From Octopus sinensis (Eukaryota): a DNA stretch of 64,000 bases. Made by a program: the position numbers and the translations under genes. The notes below the pieces were generated by a model. It was not told where the DNA came from, did no database searches, and was given only the letters and a program-made list of their open reading frames with translations. This document shows, piece after piece, positions 1 to 14,896 of this stretch (within the stretch, counting starts at the first letter, position 1; each line of letters starts with the position of its first letter). The DNA lies in contig NC_042997.1 of NCBI RefSeq assembly GCF_006345805.1, positions 10,478,001 through 10,542,000 on the forward strand. Reading direction: 5' to 3'.

Positions 1-60
1 TCATATACATATATGAATATACATAAACGTATACGTATATGTGTTCACACAGACACACAG

Positions 61-135
<75 letters not shown>

Positions 136-218
136 TATATACATACATACATACATATATATATGTATATATATATATATGTATATATATATGTATATAT
201 ATGTATATATATATATAT

Positions 219-268
<50 letters not shown>

Positions 269-284
269 TACATATATATATGTA

Positions 285-366
<82 letters not shown>

Positions 367-412
367 GTACTATATATATATGTGTGTATGTATGCATATG
401 TGTGTGTGTGTG
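1..412. repeat. (CA)n/(TA)n/(TG)n compound microsatellite
   Basis: Near-continuous dinucleotide repeats; the overlapping YI-rich ORFs are artefacts. Confidence 0.98.
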
Positions 413-2672
413 ACATTAGATATCACCGCACAAAGGAATATATTAATCAGTTGATTTGAAACATTACATGTAATTAGTAATTGCTCGTGACAATTTACAG
501 CGTTGAGACGTTTCTTTCTCATAAATATCTTCGTGAAAGGCGGTTCATTAGGAAGGTCAACCCAGAGGAAAATTAATTTGTAATACTTTCAAACTAGAAA
601 TTTCGATCACACTTCAACCTTCGCAAAATATAGATTTTTCTATTTTCAAATCGATGTTTCTTAATTGACTGTAGTTAGACACAGACAGAACTATCCACAC
701 GCTCTGCAATAATAGAAAACGACGACGACAACAAAATAAAATTGAAAGAAAAGCTGCAATAGTATTTGAAGTGGAGTTAGTATAAAGCTAAAATAGTTAC
801 TCGTTTGAATAACGTCTTCGTTGCATAGCGCGTTTTATTTCATAGCTATTGTGTCCAAATTTTAAGTCTGTTACACACTTGTCTGGAGAAGCCCAGCGAA
901 AATAAAATTCAATTGAAAAGAGTAGAAAATGTTAACGTTCATCTACTCTTTTCTTATCTGCTCTTTGTAAAATGCTAACGTAAATGTATTTAGTGTATTA
1001 CAAGAACATACTAATGGCATTTACTGTAATACAAGAACATTCTCAACAGTGCAGTTGTACTTGAGAAAAAAACCTTTTGTATCATTTTCTATGTGTTTTA
1101 GAGAAAGAAAATTGTACTTCAGACGAAAGGCAGTCAGACAGGTGAATGTAGATTTACATCAAAACTAGAAAGAGAGCTCAATACAATAGCAACATATATT
1201 TTATGCTAAGCATTCTTTAATATCAAATCCAAATGTAGAGTCATATATTTGAAGCGTTCATGAGAAAACTCTTTTATGTTACTTCAGATGATCGTAGCTT
1301 TATCGAGTAATTTGAGAAGACATCACTTTCAACACACTCGTGCGAATTTTAATTACCAATAATATATTGATTTGCATGGAACAAACAATCTAGTAATTTC
1401 TCCAAACCCTTATAAAGGTGACTATAAAATTTCGTGGTAACTTTTCTTTATCTCTTCAATTTCTAAGTATAACTTTTCGAGATAATCCCCTAGATATCGT
1501 GATATGTGGTATTCAGGAATTTTAATGGCAAATCCCATAGGAATTGCATTTCTTTTTCTCATAAACTTTAAATTACTTGTTAATATGCTACCCTCTCTTG
1601 GCACAAAACTAATCTTTTTACCTTTCTTATTACTTCCACCTTGGTTACATTTCTTTCTATACTAAAAGTTTCTTAATCTATGAATTGTTCCTTTTCTTAT
1701 TTTCTCTTATTGTAATATTGTTCAGAAAAGCAATAACTGATATTTTACTCTTACTTTGAAGTAGCATTACCATACGTTATTAAGAACATCCCAGTTCCTT
1801 TCTTCTTTTTAATAAAAATGGTCACTTCTTCAAAATTATTCATTGCAAGGCTAAACCATTTAGCTTCTTTAGCTTTCAATACGTGATCTTATTTCATTGC
1901 TCTTGTCGGTATTGGTCGTTATTTTTGTTTCAGATTAAGGCGCAATTTAGGCCCAGCTAACGTCTGTATCGGCTATTATCATACTCTTTGTTTTGATAAA
2001 ATCTGAGTTTCAAGCATTTTTGGCACTAATCTATAATGAGAAAATTTAAGCAGAATGTAGTGACTACTTGAAAGTTATCGAGCAACAATCACGTCTGATT
2101 ATTGCGTCGTAAATATATTATTCCCACAACCCTGAGTGAAACGCTTTTTCATAACATTCAGTATTCCAAACTGTAATTTTGCGTTCAAGGGCTATAAATG
2201 AAGCTGAAAGTTGTTAGAAAAACGTGAGGGGAATTCATATAGTAAGATTAGAGTTATGGATGGGGGAAACTACCTCAGCGAAGTGCTCTGCATACTAAAT
2301 GCAAACACAGTAGAGACGCAGTTCGTAGACCAGCTGCCGAGTTTAAGGTACAGTTGCTTCTGTTTCTAGAAACAGCAGTTTCCATGTCCCATGACTGCTA
2401 TTGATCGCATTGATTCTACCACCATTTTCTATCCGCCGTCCCAGTTCCTCGGAACAGAAGGCATTCAAGTGGTTTCCCTGCTACGTATGTAGTTTGCTGC
2501 TCTGCACCACTAGTTACATCACTTGTTCCTCTACACTCAACCTACAACGGTAACATCCCTGAGATGGTTCCATGGGGTTTATATGAACTAATTACCCATA
2601 CAGACCCCTCTCATTGCATGGCGTTTTGTTCACCTTGACATTCGCAACCTGCCCTTATTGCAATGCAGTTTT

Positions 2673-2938
2673 ATCGAGGCACATGACCTAGTGCTTAGAA
2701 CAGCGGACTCGCGGTCAAGGGAATGCGGGTTCGAATCTCAGATCGGGCGATGTGTGTGTTTATGGGCGAAACACCTAAGCTCCACGCGGCTTTCGCCACA
2801 ACTTTCTCTCACTCTTTCCTCATGCATCTTGCAGCTCACCTGCGACGGACCGGCGTCCCGTCCAGATGGGGAACCTATACGCCAAGGAAACCGGGAAGCC
2901 GGCCCTTATGAGCCAGGCATGGCTTGAGAAGGAACAAA
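2673..2938 (+). mobile_element. tRNA-derived SINE, head A + V-domain-like body
   Basis: tRNA-like head (gacctagtgcttagaacagcggactcgcgg...gggttcgaatctc) and ctgcgacggaccggcgtcccgtccag motif; 12-bp TSD caatgcagtttt at 2661-2672 and 2939-2950. Confidence 0.9.
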
Positions 2939-3494
2939 CAATGCAGTTTTGGTGACACGCCAAGAATCAATATAATTACCAGCGTAGCAAGCCGTCACTT
3001 TTATTCCCCCTTCTTATATACTATAATACGAGTCTGTGGCCAGGTGTCTGCGCATGTGCATGTGCACTAACTTCACTTGCTGTTTCGTTAATTCTCTGCT
3101 CTTAAATACAAGATATGTGTTCCCATATGTTCTTTCTCCGTCGATGGAAACCACACATTTCATATATCAGCCACAGATTTCTCAACTCTACAAATTCCAT
3201 AAGTCAACAGTGCATCGATACTAAAGATTGCGCACTTCTCTGAGTGAATTGGCTGGCTAACGGCATATCCTTGTCTGAAGCGATAACCAAGAATTAGCCT
3301 CGGTTTCCCTACCTCTACTAGCACTCTCAAATAAGCGTTTTCTGAGGAATTTTCATGGTTCCTAACCTAACATTCCTACAAATATTTTAATAAGATGGTC
3401 TTTGTCCTTGACCTCATGTGATGCTATTTAAGATACAATGGCTGGTGTAGCACTGACCCTTTTACCCAACTTACGATGTTTCATATGTCAGACA

Positions 3495-3529
<35 letters not shown>

Positions 3530-3825
3530 GTGTGTGTGTGTGTATGTATGTACTGCTATTACGGCCAAGGGTCATTTTCACGATTACAGCCAACGATTAT
3601 AGTCAACGCACAAGACAGCTATTATGCCCACACACACACACAAAACACCACCACGTGGACTCTTTTGAAACTGGTAAGAAACAATTATGAACTTTTTTAT
3701 TACGCTTAACTTTTAAAAATATTTTTGATAAGGTTCGTTTTTTCAAGAAGAACCGCAACATGTAAAATCTCTAAGAAAATTAAAATATATCTTATATTTT
3801 AGTGGCGTTTTCAAACTTCCTTTAT

Positions 3826-3827
<2 letters not shown>

Positions 3828-3916
<89 letters not shown>
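3828..3916. repeat. (TA)n(TG)n microsatellite
   Basis: Direct reading. Confidence 0.97.
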
Positions 3917-3919
<3 letters not shown>

Positions 3920-5306
3920 CTGACAACGTTTCATATGCTAGAGATACAATCATTCTTCACTCAAACCAAAACTGCAGCCTCTGCAACTGCTTGTACACTG
4001 TCAGTTAAGGAATATCGAGTTCTACCGGTCACCATGATCAGATAGAAGCTTGGCTTGGTTCGACAGGTAAGAGATACAAAATAACGAAAGCGATATATGA
4101 GTTCACCACCTCTGTACAACTCTACAGGGTTAGCTTCACCGCAACGCATATCTGGGTGAAAGTTGTTCTACAACAATGAAACAATATCAAAAACGCACTA
4201 GGACAGCACGTGATCAACTAAGTATGTCACTTAAAGAATATATTGCACGTGTGTGTATTCTGCTTGTGCATGCGTTTGCATGCGTGTGCATGCATGTGTG
4301 TGCGTATGTGTGTGAGTGTGTGTATGCGTCTGTGTATGTGTACTGAGGCTTTGTGTTTATTTGTTTTTGTCCGAATATTTTTCCAATTATTCCCAAATCC
4401 ATTATTATACAAATGTTTCAGTTTACAAATTCCGTGTCCTGAAAATTTCTATTACCATATATTTATATTTCGATAATGTCTCTTTTTTTTTCTGTTAAAG
4501 AACAAATTTGTTTTCTGTCTGGACTCATCAGAAGTCATTAAATTATCAAATAATCTATGGCAACATTTTAGTACCAAAATGTTTTAACAACTGCGTCTTT
4601 AAGAATTGGCATATCACAGAGCATTGTTAGTTTGTCATTCTCCGCGACCTCTTCTGGTGTGTTTGTACAATCTCTTCTCTGTCTGATTTTTATAATACTG
4701 GTCTAACTTCCAGTTTATGAAACCTGCAGTAAATGTATTTTCATTTTTGTTATGACTAAGAAGCTAAGCACAATGTGATTAATTGATTTTTCATACCCTC
4801 CACGTATTTAATAATTACTTGTGGTATTCTATTTCATTACATTCTGTTGATAGTTTCAAGTAGGAAAGATTCGGTTTTGCACCGCAATAAAAAATCTTTT
4901 GGACTCAACCGAGACCTGGTCATCTAGATATCTCCACTAGTCCTGGTATTCTTCTTTATTATTCGTGCAGAGGCTTCACGTGCTTTCCGTAACGACAATC
5001 TATAACCATATTTTCAGCCTAGTTATCTTTAAAACAATTTTGTCTTTGTTTCTTCTTCAGTACATGTGACTGTCACATTCACTTCCCTTTAATATTTTAA
5101 GACACAGAAAGCAACATTTTATTCAGCTGGAGTTCATATTTCTTTAGCTCTTTGTATTAGAGTTCTATTATTCTTTATTAGATATATTTGTCACCGTACA
5201 GTAGATATTTACATTCGACTTTGGTCAATGTATTTGGTTAGCCCCTTACCCCAAAATGTCAGGCCATGTACCTACAGCAGAAAGAATTAATATTAATCAG
5301 TAGGAA

Positions 5307-5528
5307 GGCGGCGAGCTGGCAGAATCGTAAGCACACCAAGCAAAATGCTCAGTGGTATTTCTTCTGGTTCTCTACATTCTGAATTTAAATTCTGCCGTGA
5401 TCGACTTTGCATTTTATCCTTTCAGAGTCGATGAAATATGTACCAGTTACGCACAGGAATTGGTGTAATCGACTATGCCCCACTCCAAACAATTTCAGGC
5501 CTTGTGCCTATAGTAGAAAGGATTAATA
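5307..5528 (+). mobile_element. SINE family M (ggcggcgagctggcagaatcg head; tcatcctttcggggtcgataaa-type central domain)
   Basis: Diverged copy of the family seen intact at 29779 and 44001. Confidence 0.85.
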
Positions 5529-5750
5529 ATCAGTAGTCTTGTTCTCTAGCATGTTTTGTACTGGACTGCCACATGCAGCTCTGTTCGCCTTTGATCATGC
5601 CTTTTTATTGGGGCAGTTCCGGGCTCAAGAACAACAGCAACAGTAAAAGAAATCGTAGTACTAGTTATGTTTTCTTTTAGAAAAATTATTTCTAATTCAG
5701 GCACAAGGTAAGCAATTCTGAGAGTACAGGAATTTGTTGAAGGCATCGAC

Positions 5751-7030
5751 ACAACTGGTATTATATTTTATCGACCCCTGAGAAATGAAAAAACAAAGCC
5801 GACCGCGGTGGCATTAGAATTCAGAGTGTGAAGAGCCGTATGAATTTCTACAAGACATTTTTTCTTTTCATTATATCTTTATTTAATTTTGTTATTCTTT
5901 TTCTACTTACCAGAGGTCAGCAATTTTGAAGGAAGGAGTTAGTCGATTAAATTGACCTAGTAATTGAATGGTACTCTATGGTACGAAATGTAACGTTGAC
6001 CCCGGCCGGTTTGAAATTTGAATTTAAAGAACCGGAATAAATATCATAAAGCCTATTTTCCTACGCTCTAACGATTTTGCCAGCTCACTGCATTATATTT
6101 ATTTCATAATAATAACAACAACAAGTATATCTGAAACAATAAACAGTGATATTGGACGAAAGTTTATTCAAGTGCTGAGGGAATGTATCAACAAGAAATA
6201 ATTTGAAAGTGAAGTATATGCTTAATCAATACAACTGGAATGGAAATTCGACTAATTATATGAAAATATGAATCAAGAATCTTATTATATGTGTCTTTGA
6301 TTTTATTGTTTTGGCGAGGATTATTTTGTCGAGTGAGTAACAACATTAACAAGAAAAAGAAATAAATATGGAAAATCAGAATTGAAAAATCATAAAAGAA
6401 TGTTTATTAGTTTGAAATGTACGGCAAATTATTGTTTATTTAGTTTTCTTCGGCACGTGGCCCCAGATGTGTATAGTTAAGTAAATGAGACTTGTGTGAC
6501 GTTTATCCCTTTTTTCAAGAACATTTAGCAATGTTAAGTGTCGTAGCTACAACCACGAGTCAAAACTCGATGCGGGCTTACTTGGCCTACCACGAGCTTA
6601 ACATAGATCACAGCGTTTAGGATAGAATATATGGATTCACATCGAAGGGCTTGCTTTTAATTACGCACAAAGCCCAGCTTTATGGGTGAAAAGAACTAAA
6701 CTTTTGTGGCATTCATACCTTTGTAATGACATTAGTGTTTTAAGAAAAAGCGAAATATCTTTCAATTGCCGAGATAATTACTCTTCCACTCTAATGCAAT
6801 ATGGACTAATATTCGATTACTTATGCTGAGGCACGGCAACAAAATCTGTATACGAGAAATATAAAGCCGACTGAATCGACCGCAATACTTTACTGGTACT
6901 TAACTTATCGACCCGGAAGAGATAAAAAGAAATATCAACCTCTGCGAGAGATTTACACAGAGTGTAATAGAATAAGATTAAATGGCTTAAGGCATTTAAT
7001 CTGGTACGCTATAGTTTCTGTCAACTCGAC
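5751..7030 (-). mobile_element. Three degraded family-M SINE fragments (~5751-5850, 5910-6092, 6860-7030)
   Basis: Reverse-complement matches to aactggtact...tcgacccc...gaatttgaactcaga...ctaacgattctgccagctc. Confidence 0.7.
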
Positions 7031-7159
7031 AAATATGGAAAATTCTAAACAGAAACGAAAGCATATATAGAACCAAATTAAATTAAAAGGAAGACATCAA
7101 TACCTGAAATTTGTAGAATTAAAATTCTATAATATTTTTTTAAAATATTTCTTTAGTTT

Positions 7160-7170
7160 ATTATTATTAC

Positions 7171-7222
<52 letters not shown>

Positions 7223-7236
7223 ATTATTATTATTAT
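7160..7236. repeat. (TAT)n microsatellite
   Basis: Direct reading. Confidence 0.97.
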
Positions 7237-7660
7237 AGATATCGGAGATGTAACTATTTCTTTCTAATGCTGAGTTGACATGGACTGTCTCAATTTCCAA
7301 TTAGAATAGGTGAGGGTGGAAAGAAGGATTGCTGCCCTCTAATAAGTTTGTTGAAAGATGAGTCAGAGTGGAAAATACAGCCCAGTTCTGAAACTGCCAG
7401 TAGGTCGGAGAATACAGCTTAGAGAGAACAATTATTTTTGGCAGTCGAGGTAAACCTCAATCTGCAGGGCTGCACTTTTTGGGTCCAAAGTGGCAGTCTT
7501 TCCGTTAGGACTTTCATATCATCCACTTTTCATGTCATTTCATTCGATTTCATTGTAATTTTCCACATACTCGCACAAACATGAACACACACACATACAC
7601 ACACACAAACATTTCATATGTCCCTGTAATATCCTCTCATCAATTGCCCTTCTAGGAATT

Positions 7661-7664
7661 ACTA

Positions 7665-7761
<97 letters not shown>

Positions 7762-7899
7762 GTAGTTTTATTTTTATAGCGTGCTTTCACTTCACTACCG
7801 AGCGCAGCTCTGTGTGCCTTGAGTATGTGCTGTGATTTGTTGTGATGCTCTGATGGTTATTGTATGGAAAGTGTTCTGCGTAGGATGTGTGCAGTGCCT

Positions 7900-7953
<54 letters not shown>

Positions 7954-7977
7954 TATTATTATTATTATTATTATTAT
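7661..7977. repeat. (TAT)n array interrupted by a LINE 3' end
   Basis: TAT repeats at 7661-7760 and 7903-7977. Confidence 0.95.
7761..7905 (-). mobile_element. 5'-truncated R4/Dong-clade LINE 3' end
   Basis: Minus strand reads ILGTAHILRRTLSIQ*, matching the R4/Dong C-terminal LGTAHILR motif, then 3'UTR running into (TAA)n. Confidence 0.8.
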
Positions 7978-8779
7978 CCCTAAGTATCACTCGTTGAATA
8001 CCTCCATATGATTATCTTTATCGATCGATCGTTGATTTCAGTTTGTTTGTCACAGCCTCGACGTTATTTTCATCAGTTTGGCAATAAATGGGGGAGGAAA
8101 AAAGCGAAGAATCCATTTCTTTCTTTTAACTGATAAAGTTTGTATATCCGGCAACTATAACTCAATTCTTTTTTTCATCTTCTTGAATTTAGAGCATACA
8201 CAGAAGTAATATTAACATTGATTGTCGAGTTTAACAGCTTCTGCGGCCTCTCCTTCAAGTAATCGTTCACCTGGAAAAGAGATATAAAAGAGGTGTTATA
8301 ATCATAAATATAAAATACACATACACATGCACACACTTACCCATACATACACAAACACAGCCACGTTTTTTTTATTTTGGTTTCGTTCCTTTTAACGTAC
8401 AAATATGAAATATGTCAAATCATTCTAAAAAGGATTACAGATCCATACCGAACTGGTTTATGCAATCTGCTAAGTTAAGTCAAACAAATAAGATTGGTTG
8501 TCCGAAATCTTTAGTTATGAGTTTGTAATCTTGTTTTCTATAGACATGCAAGAGTGCACATATGCGTGCGCACATATTCCTATATACGTGCGTACGTGGG
8601 TATATAAATTCAATATATGCAGTTATATATGAATCGATACTTTTCTATAGATATTTATCTTTATCAGTACTTCAATCTTTCATTCTCTCTCTTTCTCTCT
8701 CTCCTTCTCTTTCCCTTTCTCTCTCTCTCCCTCTCACTTACACACAATCTTTCTTACAATCTCTCTCTGTCTCTATCCA

Positions 8780-9830
8780 TAAATGTAGGTGAATGTATTT
8801 ATATACAAACACTACATAGAAATACATACATGTATGTACGTATGTCTCTTCTATAATTTAATTATTATAAATCATCCACTGAGGAGGGAGCCGGTTTCCG
8901 GCAAAGATACAGGGCTCAATGTTTGGGACGTAGTTAAGATAGACAAATATATATTTCTTTATTGCCCTCAAGGGGCTAAACATAGAGGGGACAAACAAGG
9001 GCAGACAAAGGGATTAAGTCGATTACATCGACCCAATGCGTAACTGGTACTTTATTTATCGACCCCGAGCGGATGAAAGGCAAAGTCGACCTCGGCGGAA
9101 TTTGAACTCAGAACGTAACGGCAGACAAAATACGGCTACGCATTTCATCCGGCGTGCTAACGATTCTGCCAGCTCGCCGCCTTAGATAGACAAATACATA
9201 TTCGGAATCTGAGAAAAGTCTTGCATATTTTTATTGTCCCGCTCACAGATTACTCACGTAATGTACGAATCAGCCGATCGATTTCTCTTTCTGATAATCC
9301 CACTTTATCCGGATTCTCCTTTGAGCATTTACTAACAAAACCTAGTGCTTCAATTATTAGTGTGAATATGAATTCATAGTCTGGATATAGAAGCTTGAGG
9401 TTTCGAAGCAGTTGTTCATAGACATCCTCTTTTTCTTCGATTTTCAAAGAGATATTTATATCTGCAGGACAGCTAACCTCTATGACGATACATATCTTTA
9501 CCTCTCAGTCCCAAACAACAATATCTGGCCTGTTATGTTGACATTTGATAGAAGTGTTGATGCGAATATTCCACCAGTATTCTTTGAGTTGGTATTTATG
9601 AATTTATTCCATAACAGAGGGATTTTTTAAGTTTATTTCTGGACAGTCTTTTTTGTGGACGGCATTGTAAACTGTTTTAGCGACAACATCGTGCCGCATA
9701 GGGAGGTAGTACCATTATGAAATTTTAGGAGAGCTACTGATCACATGCGTGATGTCTTCCACAGAAACATGACATAGCCTATACACGCGGTTGCACCTTG
9801 GGATTACAAGAGCGTCAGTGTCTCATGTAT
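8780..9830 (-). mobile_element. R4/Dong-like LINE 3' fragment (CCHC knuckle + RLE endonuclease), degenerate
   Basis: Manual translation: RLCHVSVEDITHVISS...MRHDVVAK...HNRPDIVVWD*EVKICIVIEVSCPAD...KEDVYEQLLRNLKLLYPDY; in-frame stops; SINE inserted in the 3'UTR. Confidence 0.85.
8957..9183 (-). mobile_element. Full-length family-M SINE inside the LINE 3'UTR
   Basis: Complete copy; ~19-bp TSD agatagacaaata(t/c)atatt at 8937-8955 and 9184-9202. Confidence 0.92.
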
Positions 9831-10642
9831 GTATTGTTATAAACAAAACAGTCAATTATTTACTGAAGGATCACAAAATGCATTTAAGTCACATATGATT
9901 TTTGGGGTTTTCTTTGTTAGTTTTGCTTTGGACAAGTTTTTTTTACAAGGACAAGTTTGACAGAGTCGTCAAAGTCTCGCCATTCAAATGTTTCATCACA
10001 CTATCTGACAAGACCAACGACTAGCGAGATTTCAAAGTCATGTCATTTTTTTCTGTGTATATATGTGCAAATATATGTTTCTGACTGCATGCGTAGGCGT
10101 GCGTGCATGTGTGTGTGTTAGTATGTAAGTGTGAGTGTGTGCGCGCGCAGGCGTGCAAGTGTATGTGTCTTTGTGTGACTCCTTATCTTTCGGAATCAAC
10201 GAGTCGCCAGCATATCTGTACACACATGAATACACAGATACACCTCAACACACCTTTCTTTCTCCATTTCACTCTCTCATACATATGCGTGTGTGTGTGT
10301 AAGTATATATTATATACACACACATATATACGTGTGTGTATGTGTGTTTGTAAGTATATACTATACACACACTCATATATATACGTGTATGTGTATGCGT
10401 GTGTTTGTGTGTAAGTATTTAGTATGTATACACACATATATTAATAGCGTGTGCATTGGCGTGGGGGTAAGTTGTAAAATAAATAATAAATTTTTTACTC
10501 TATACTTTGGATAAGGTCCATGGATATGTCTATCATATCAAAAGCTGGCATTCTACTATGCATTTTGCCCTAGGCTGTGCTCTTCCCGACTGCCTTAAAC
10601 ATACACGAACAGAGTAAACCTTAGAGCAGACTGCCAACTTAT

Positions 10643-10955
<313 letters not shown>

Positions 10956-11197
10956 AGACAAGCTCAATGGTTCGTGCACTTTCCTGTGTTTAAAGTATAA
11001 CCAACATCAAAAGAGCGTTGTAAATTGCCATAAAAAAGTATAATGAAAAATGGCATTTGCTTTCTTGTGCATATATATTTGCACGGGTATGCATGCGAAT
11101 ATATTTCAGTATAACTTTGTATATATAATAGCTACTACTGTATTTCAATATAACAATATACATATATATAGTTAACTTAACTTAACTATATATATAT

Positions 11198-11229
<32 letters not shown>

Positions 11230-12994
11230 GCCGCTGCTATACTTCTAATTATATATATCCTGACCTGTACTTAGACGAGGAACTTTCCATGTGCAAAGAC
11301 TCAGGCAATTTATTACAGACGTCAAAGGTCATTGATAGGTATTTGTGTCTGTGTGCCTATTCGTATGAGTGTGTATCCGAGTCTATAACCATGCTTACCC
11401 TCTAAAATCTAGTTTATGTTGAAATCCTTTTATGTCTTGTAACTTAGCGATTCAAAGATACTGAACTCATTAAATTAAGCACTAAACTGAATTAAATACT
11501 GGGAATCGATATGTTTGGCTACTCTTTTGAAAATGGTGCTCCAGCATGGCGCAGTCCGATGACGAAACTTGTATATCAGTAAGGTATTGAGAAATCTTGC
11601 TGTTACTGGAATTTACTAAGGCCTAATTGTTCGAGCTTGTTTCATTGAAATTGTTTCAATTAAACTTATACATTATGCTTTGTTAATATAAGCAAATATT
11701 ACTCAAATACACCGGATATTTTGCAAGTCTTTTGTGTTCGTATAGAAAAATAGGTCAATCGATTATTTTTCTAATATTTTGATGTTAAAATATCGATGAT
11801 TTCTTTGAGGTGATTTCAATGGAATTTATATATTTGAATCGCTTTTTGATATTTCCTGTTAATAGAATTATTATTTAACAGTAGCGAGTGTTATCGATTT
11901 GAGGTAAGCATTAGCCTCACTCCTATTAGAAGCCTTTTCAATTTACGTATGACATTAATAACCTAGGAAAAGTATGAGTTTTCCATTAGCTTTAAAACCC
12001 TTTGCTGTTGATGTGAAGTGCTAAGCCGAATGAAAGATATGTAATTAATGCAAACCAAAGAGGGAACAACTATATTGTCCCCATCAACATGCCAGCACTA
12101 TTAGCCATTTTAAAAAAATCATACCTTATCTTTTCTTATTTTTTTACAGAGTACATAATGACGAAAATATTTAAAAGGACATATATACTATATATTCGAC
12201 GAGCTTACGATGGTTCTTCTATATAGCTTCTCTACCTATCAGAAATCTTCCAAAATCACATCTGAAGGCCTTGGAATAATGGAAACGTACATATAATATC
12301 TTCCTAATTACACCTACAAAGACGAAATATCGCGGTATGAATGCCTTTGATGATGGGTCTGCTCGAGTAGGATCTGCTCGAGTAGGGTCTGTTCGTATAG
12401 GGTTGAGCTGGTGTTAAATAATAAAACTATTTGATCATTTCTACACATTTTCAAAGCAGGTTACGTGGCACCATATGTACCTTACGCATAGATATCCTTG
12501 TTATCAATGTTTTAGAAATAGAAATATCTGAATGAATAGACAACGGATAGATCTATCTACGAGTAAAACTATCAGCTTTACCAGTAAACATCATGAGGCG
12601 ACAACTGTTCTCTTGTACAAGTGACATAATGTTTCTTTGTTCACAGGGAAATGATTACAATTAAAAAGATGGAGTGCCTAAACCTTCTACTTTAGAGCCC
12701 ACATTTCACAGCAGACAAGATGACCAGCATAGAAAATAGTATCCACCAAAGCATAAACATACAATTTATGCTCAGTATATTCAGGATACATTTGGCGTAG
12801 TGGACACACCAGAATAGGTCGAAAAGTTAATAGAAGACCTGGAAGAAAATTATCTCCTACATTGATATCCCCAATAGTTTATGCGAATCTTCATTTTATA
12901 GATGCAAATATGAAGATCAAACACTATGTGAGTCTGTGTATGTACAGGTGTGTATGCATGTTGGTGTGCGTACATGTATTTTGCATGCATGCAA

Positions 12995-13021
12995 TACACA
13001 CACACACACACACATACATAC

Positions 13022-13085
<64 letters not shown>

Positions 13086-13495
13086 CAGGAACGTGCCGTC
13101 AGTAAGTACTCAGGGTAGGCAGTTGGTGACCTTTATGCAGCAAAACACATACAAAAAATAGGCGAATTACAGGCGCACGACTGATTGAAACAGATTTACT
13201 TCTGCCTTTATAACACGTAAAGAAAACAGTGTTGTAGGAGTGTATGCAGCACGTGTATTACAGCAGTACTATGCGTAGATTAAATATTGATATTGAAAGG
13301 CAGGGGCGAATTATGCCTACCTAATCTACAAAAAATTAATATATTTTGCATTTAATGTTTAGTAAACAGAGTAACTTTCATCATTTTATTGAATTAGGTC
13401 CACATTTTACCATAAAAGGAAAATGTTGCTAATGATCTATTTTATTCAAGGTAGGCACTAGCTACCTCGCCCACCTAGGCGGCACGTCCCTGATG

Positions 13496-13588
<93 letters not shown>

Positions 13589-13622
13589 CATATATATATA
13601 TACATGTGTGTGTATACATATA
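12995..13622. repeat. Two CA/TA/TG microsatellites (12995-13085, 13496-13622)
   Basis: Direct reading. Confidence 0.93.
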
Positions 13623-14896
13623 TTGCGCGTGCTTATGATAAAGCTACTAAAATTACCTATAGATACATGAGGAGAGTGAATGCTTACACAGTTATGAACC
13701 CATACAGAGAAGAGTATTTAGATCCTATTTTACGAATGGTGATCTACAATAAGAAACCTATTGAATAAAACAAACACTAGTCAATAATGCTAATACAAAG
13801 AAGCTGCCTGAATTGTAAAACATTACGGAAGCAAATTCAAAAGGAGTACATAGAACAGTCACAATCCTCTAGTACAATTATACAAATCACTCATAAATTG
13901 TATTACATAAACGAAATGCACTCTGCTTGTAAGACTGTAAGACTCAATGAATGAAAACACAACCGACAAAATCAAACCTAAAGTAATATATTATAAAACT
14001 GAAAAAAGTCCTTTATCTAGAACAAGCCACGAATCTAAAAGTTTCTGTGCACACATGAAAGATGAACCCACTAATACTCTGACAATTATTCTAGTCACAC
14101 ATGACGTATACATTCTTTCTTGCTTGTTCACTATGTACTTACTAAAAACTGCTACTGCAAGGCACGAGAGAGATGGGTGGAACTAGTGGGTCTGAGTGAT
14201 GATATTACACAGCTAGCTAGTTAAGAAAATTAGCGGTCGTTATTGTTTCAGTCGAATAGTTAGATAGAAAAAAAACAGCGAGTAGATAAGCTGCTTGTAA
14301 AAATGAGAATTGAATCTTAGCCAATTTGTCGAATTAGTTCCGAAACGGTTATGTATGTAGTAACAATGCTATCGTAGATATTTGACCAGTATTTTAGTAT
14401 AGGTTTATTTGTGCATTGCTGGAGGTTAGCAAATGATCAAGGTTGAAGTATTCTTAGTAAACAATGTATTACTAACAGAGGGTGTCTAGGATACATATGC
14501 ATGACGCCTGTGTGCATAAGGTTAAGGAAGGTGTTGTGAGAGTGGTGTCAGCTGCATAGAAGTTTGTCTTCTTAAAATCCTCAGCAAATATGCCATTAAT
14601 ACACAATAGAACAGTGTGAGAAACATTATCATAAAGAATGTTGATCATAAAGAAACACGTTAGCTCGGGCTACAATTGGGCAGTCTAAATGAACATTCCG
14701 ATCTAAGTAGGTGAAAGCCATAAGATCAACTTATCTGAGAGATTCTCATTCACAATATGACCGAAAACTTTGGTAATATCAAGTGAAACACGATTGTTTT
14801 CGCTGAAGTACACAAGGATGATGGACTCCTAATGAGTACTGTAAAAGGACAAGCTTGCAATTAATATTGCTCTCCGGGAGACATTATGGTACTCAC

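Noticed and set aside
1-459. Long YI/CV/HT-rich ORFs here and at 24.2, 38.5-40.5, 50, 53.7, 56.1 and 59.4-60.6 kb
   Set aside because: Translations of di- and tetranucleotide microsatellites that lack stop codons.
1422-1604. 60-aa ORF ending LGDYLEKLYLEIEEIKKSYHEIL
   Set aside because: Protein-like but no recognisable family, no splice support, and upstream frames are closed.
2673-2760. tRNA-like sequences at SINE heads
   Set aside because: A/B-box-like heads continue into SINE bodies; no complete cloverleaf.
13301-13492. Possible hAT-type MITE (CAGGG...CCCTG ends)
   Set aside because: Very short TIR match and no 8-bp TSD.
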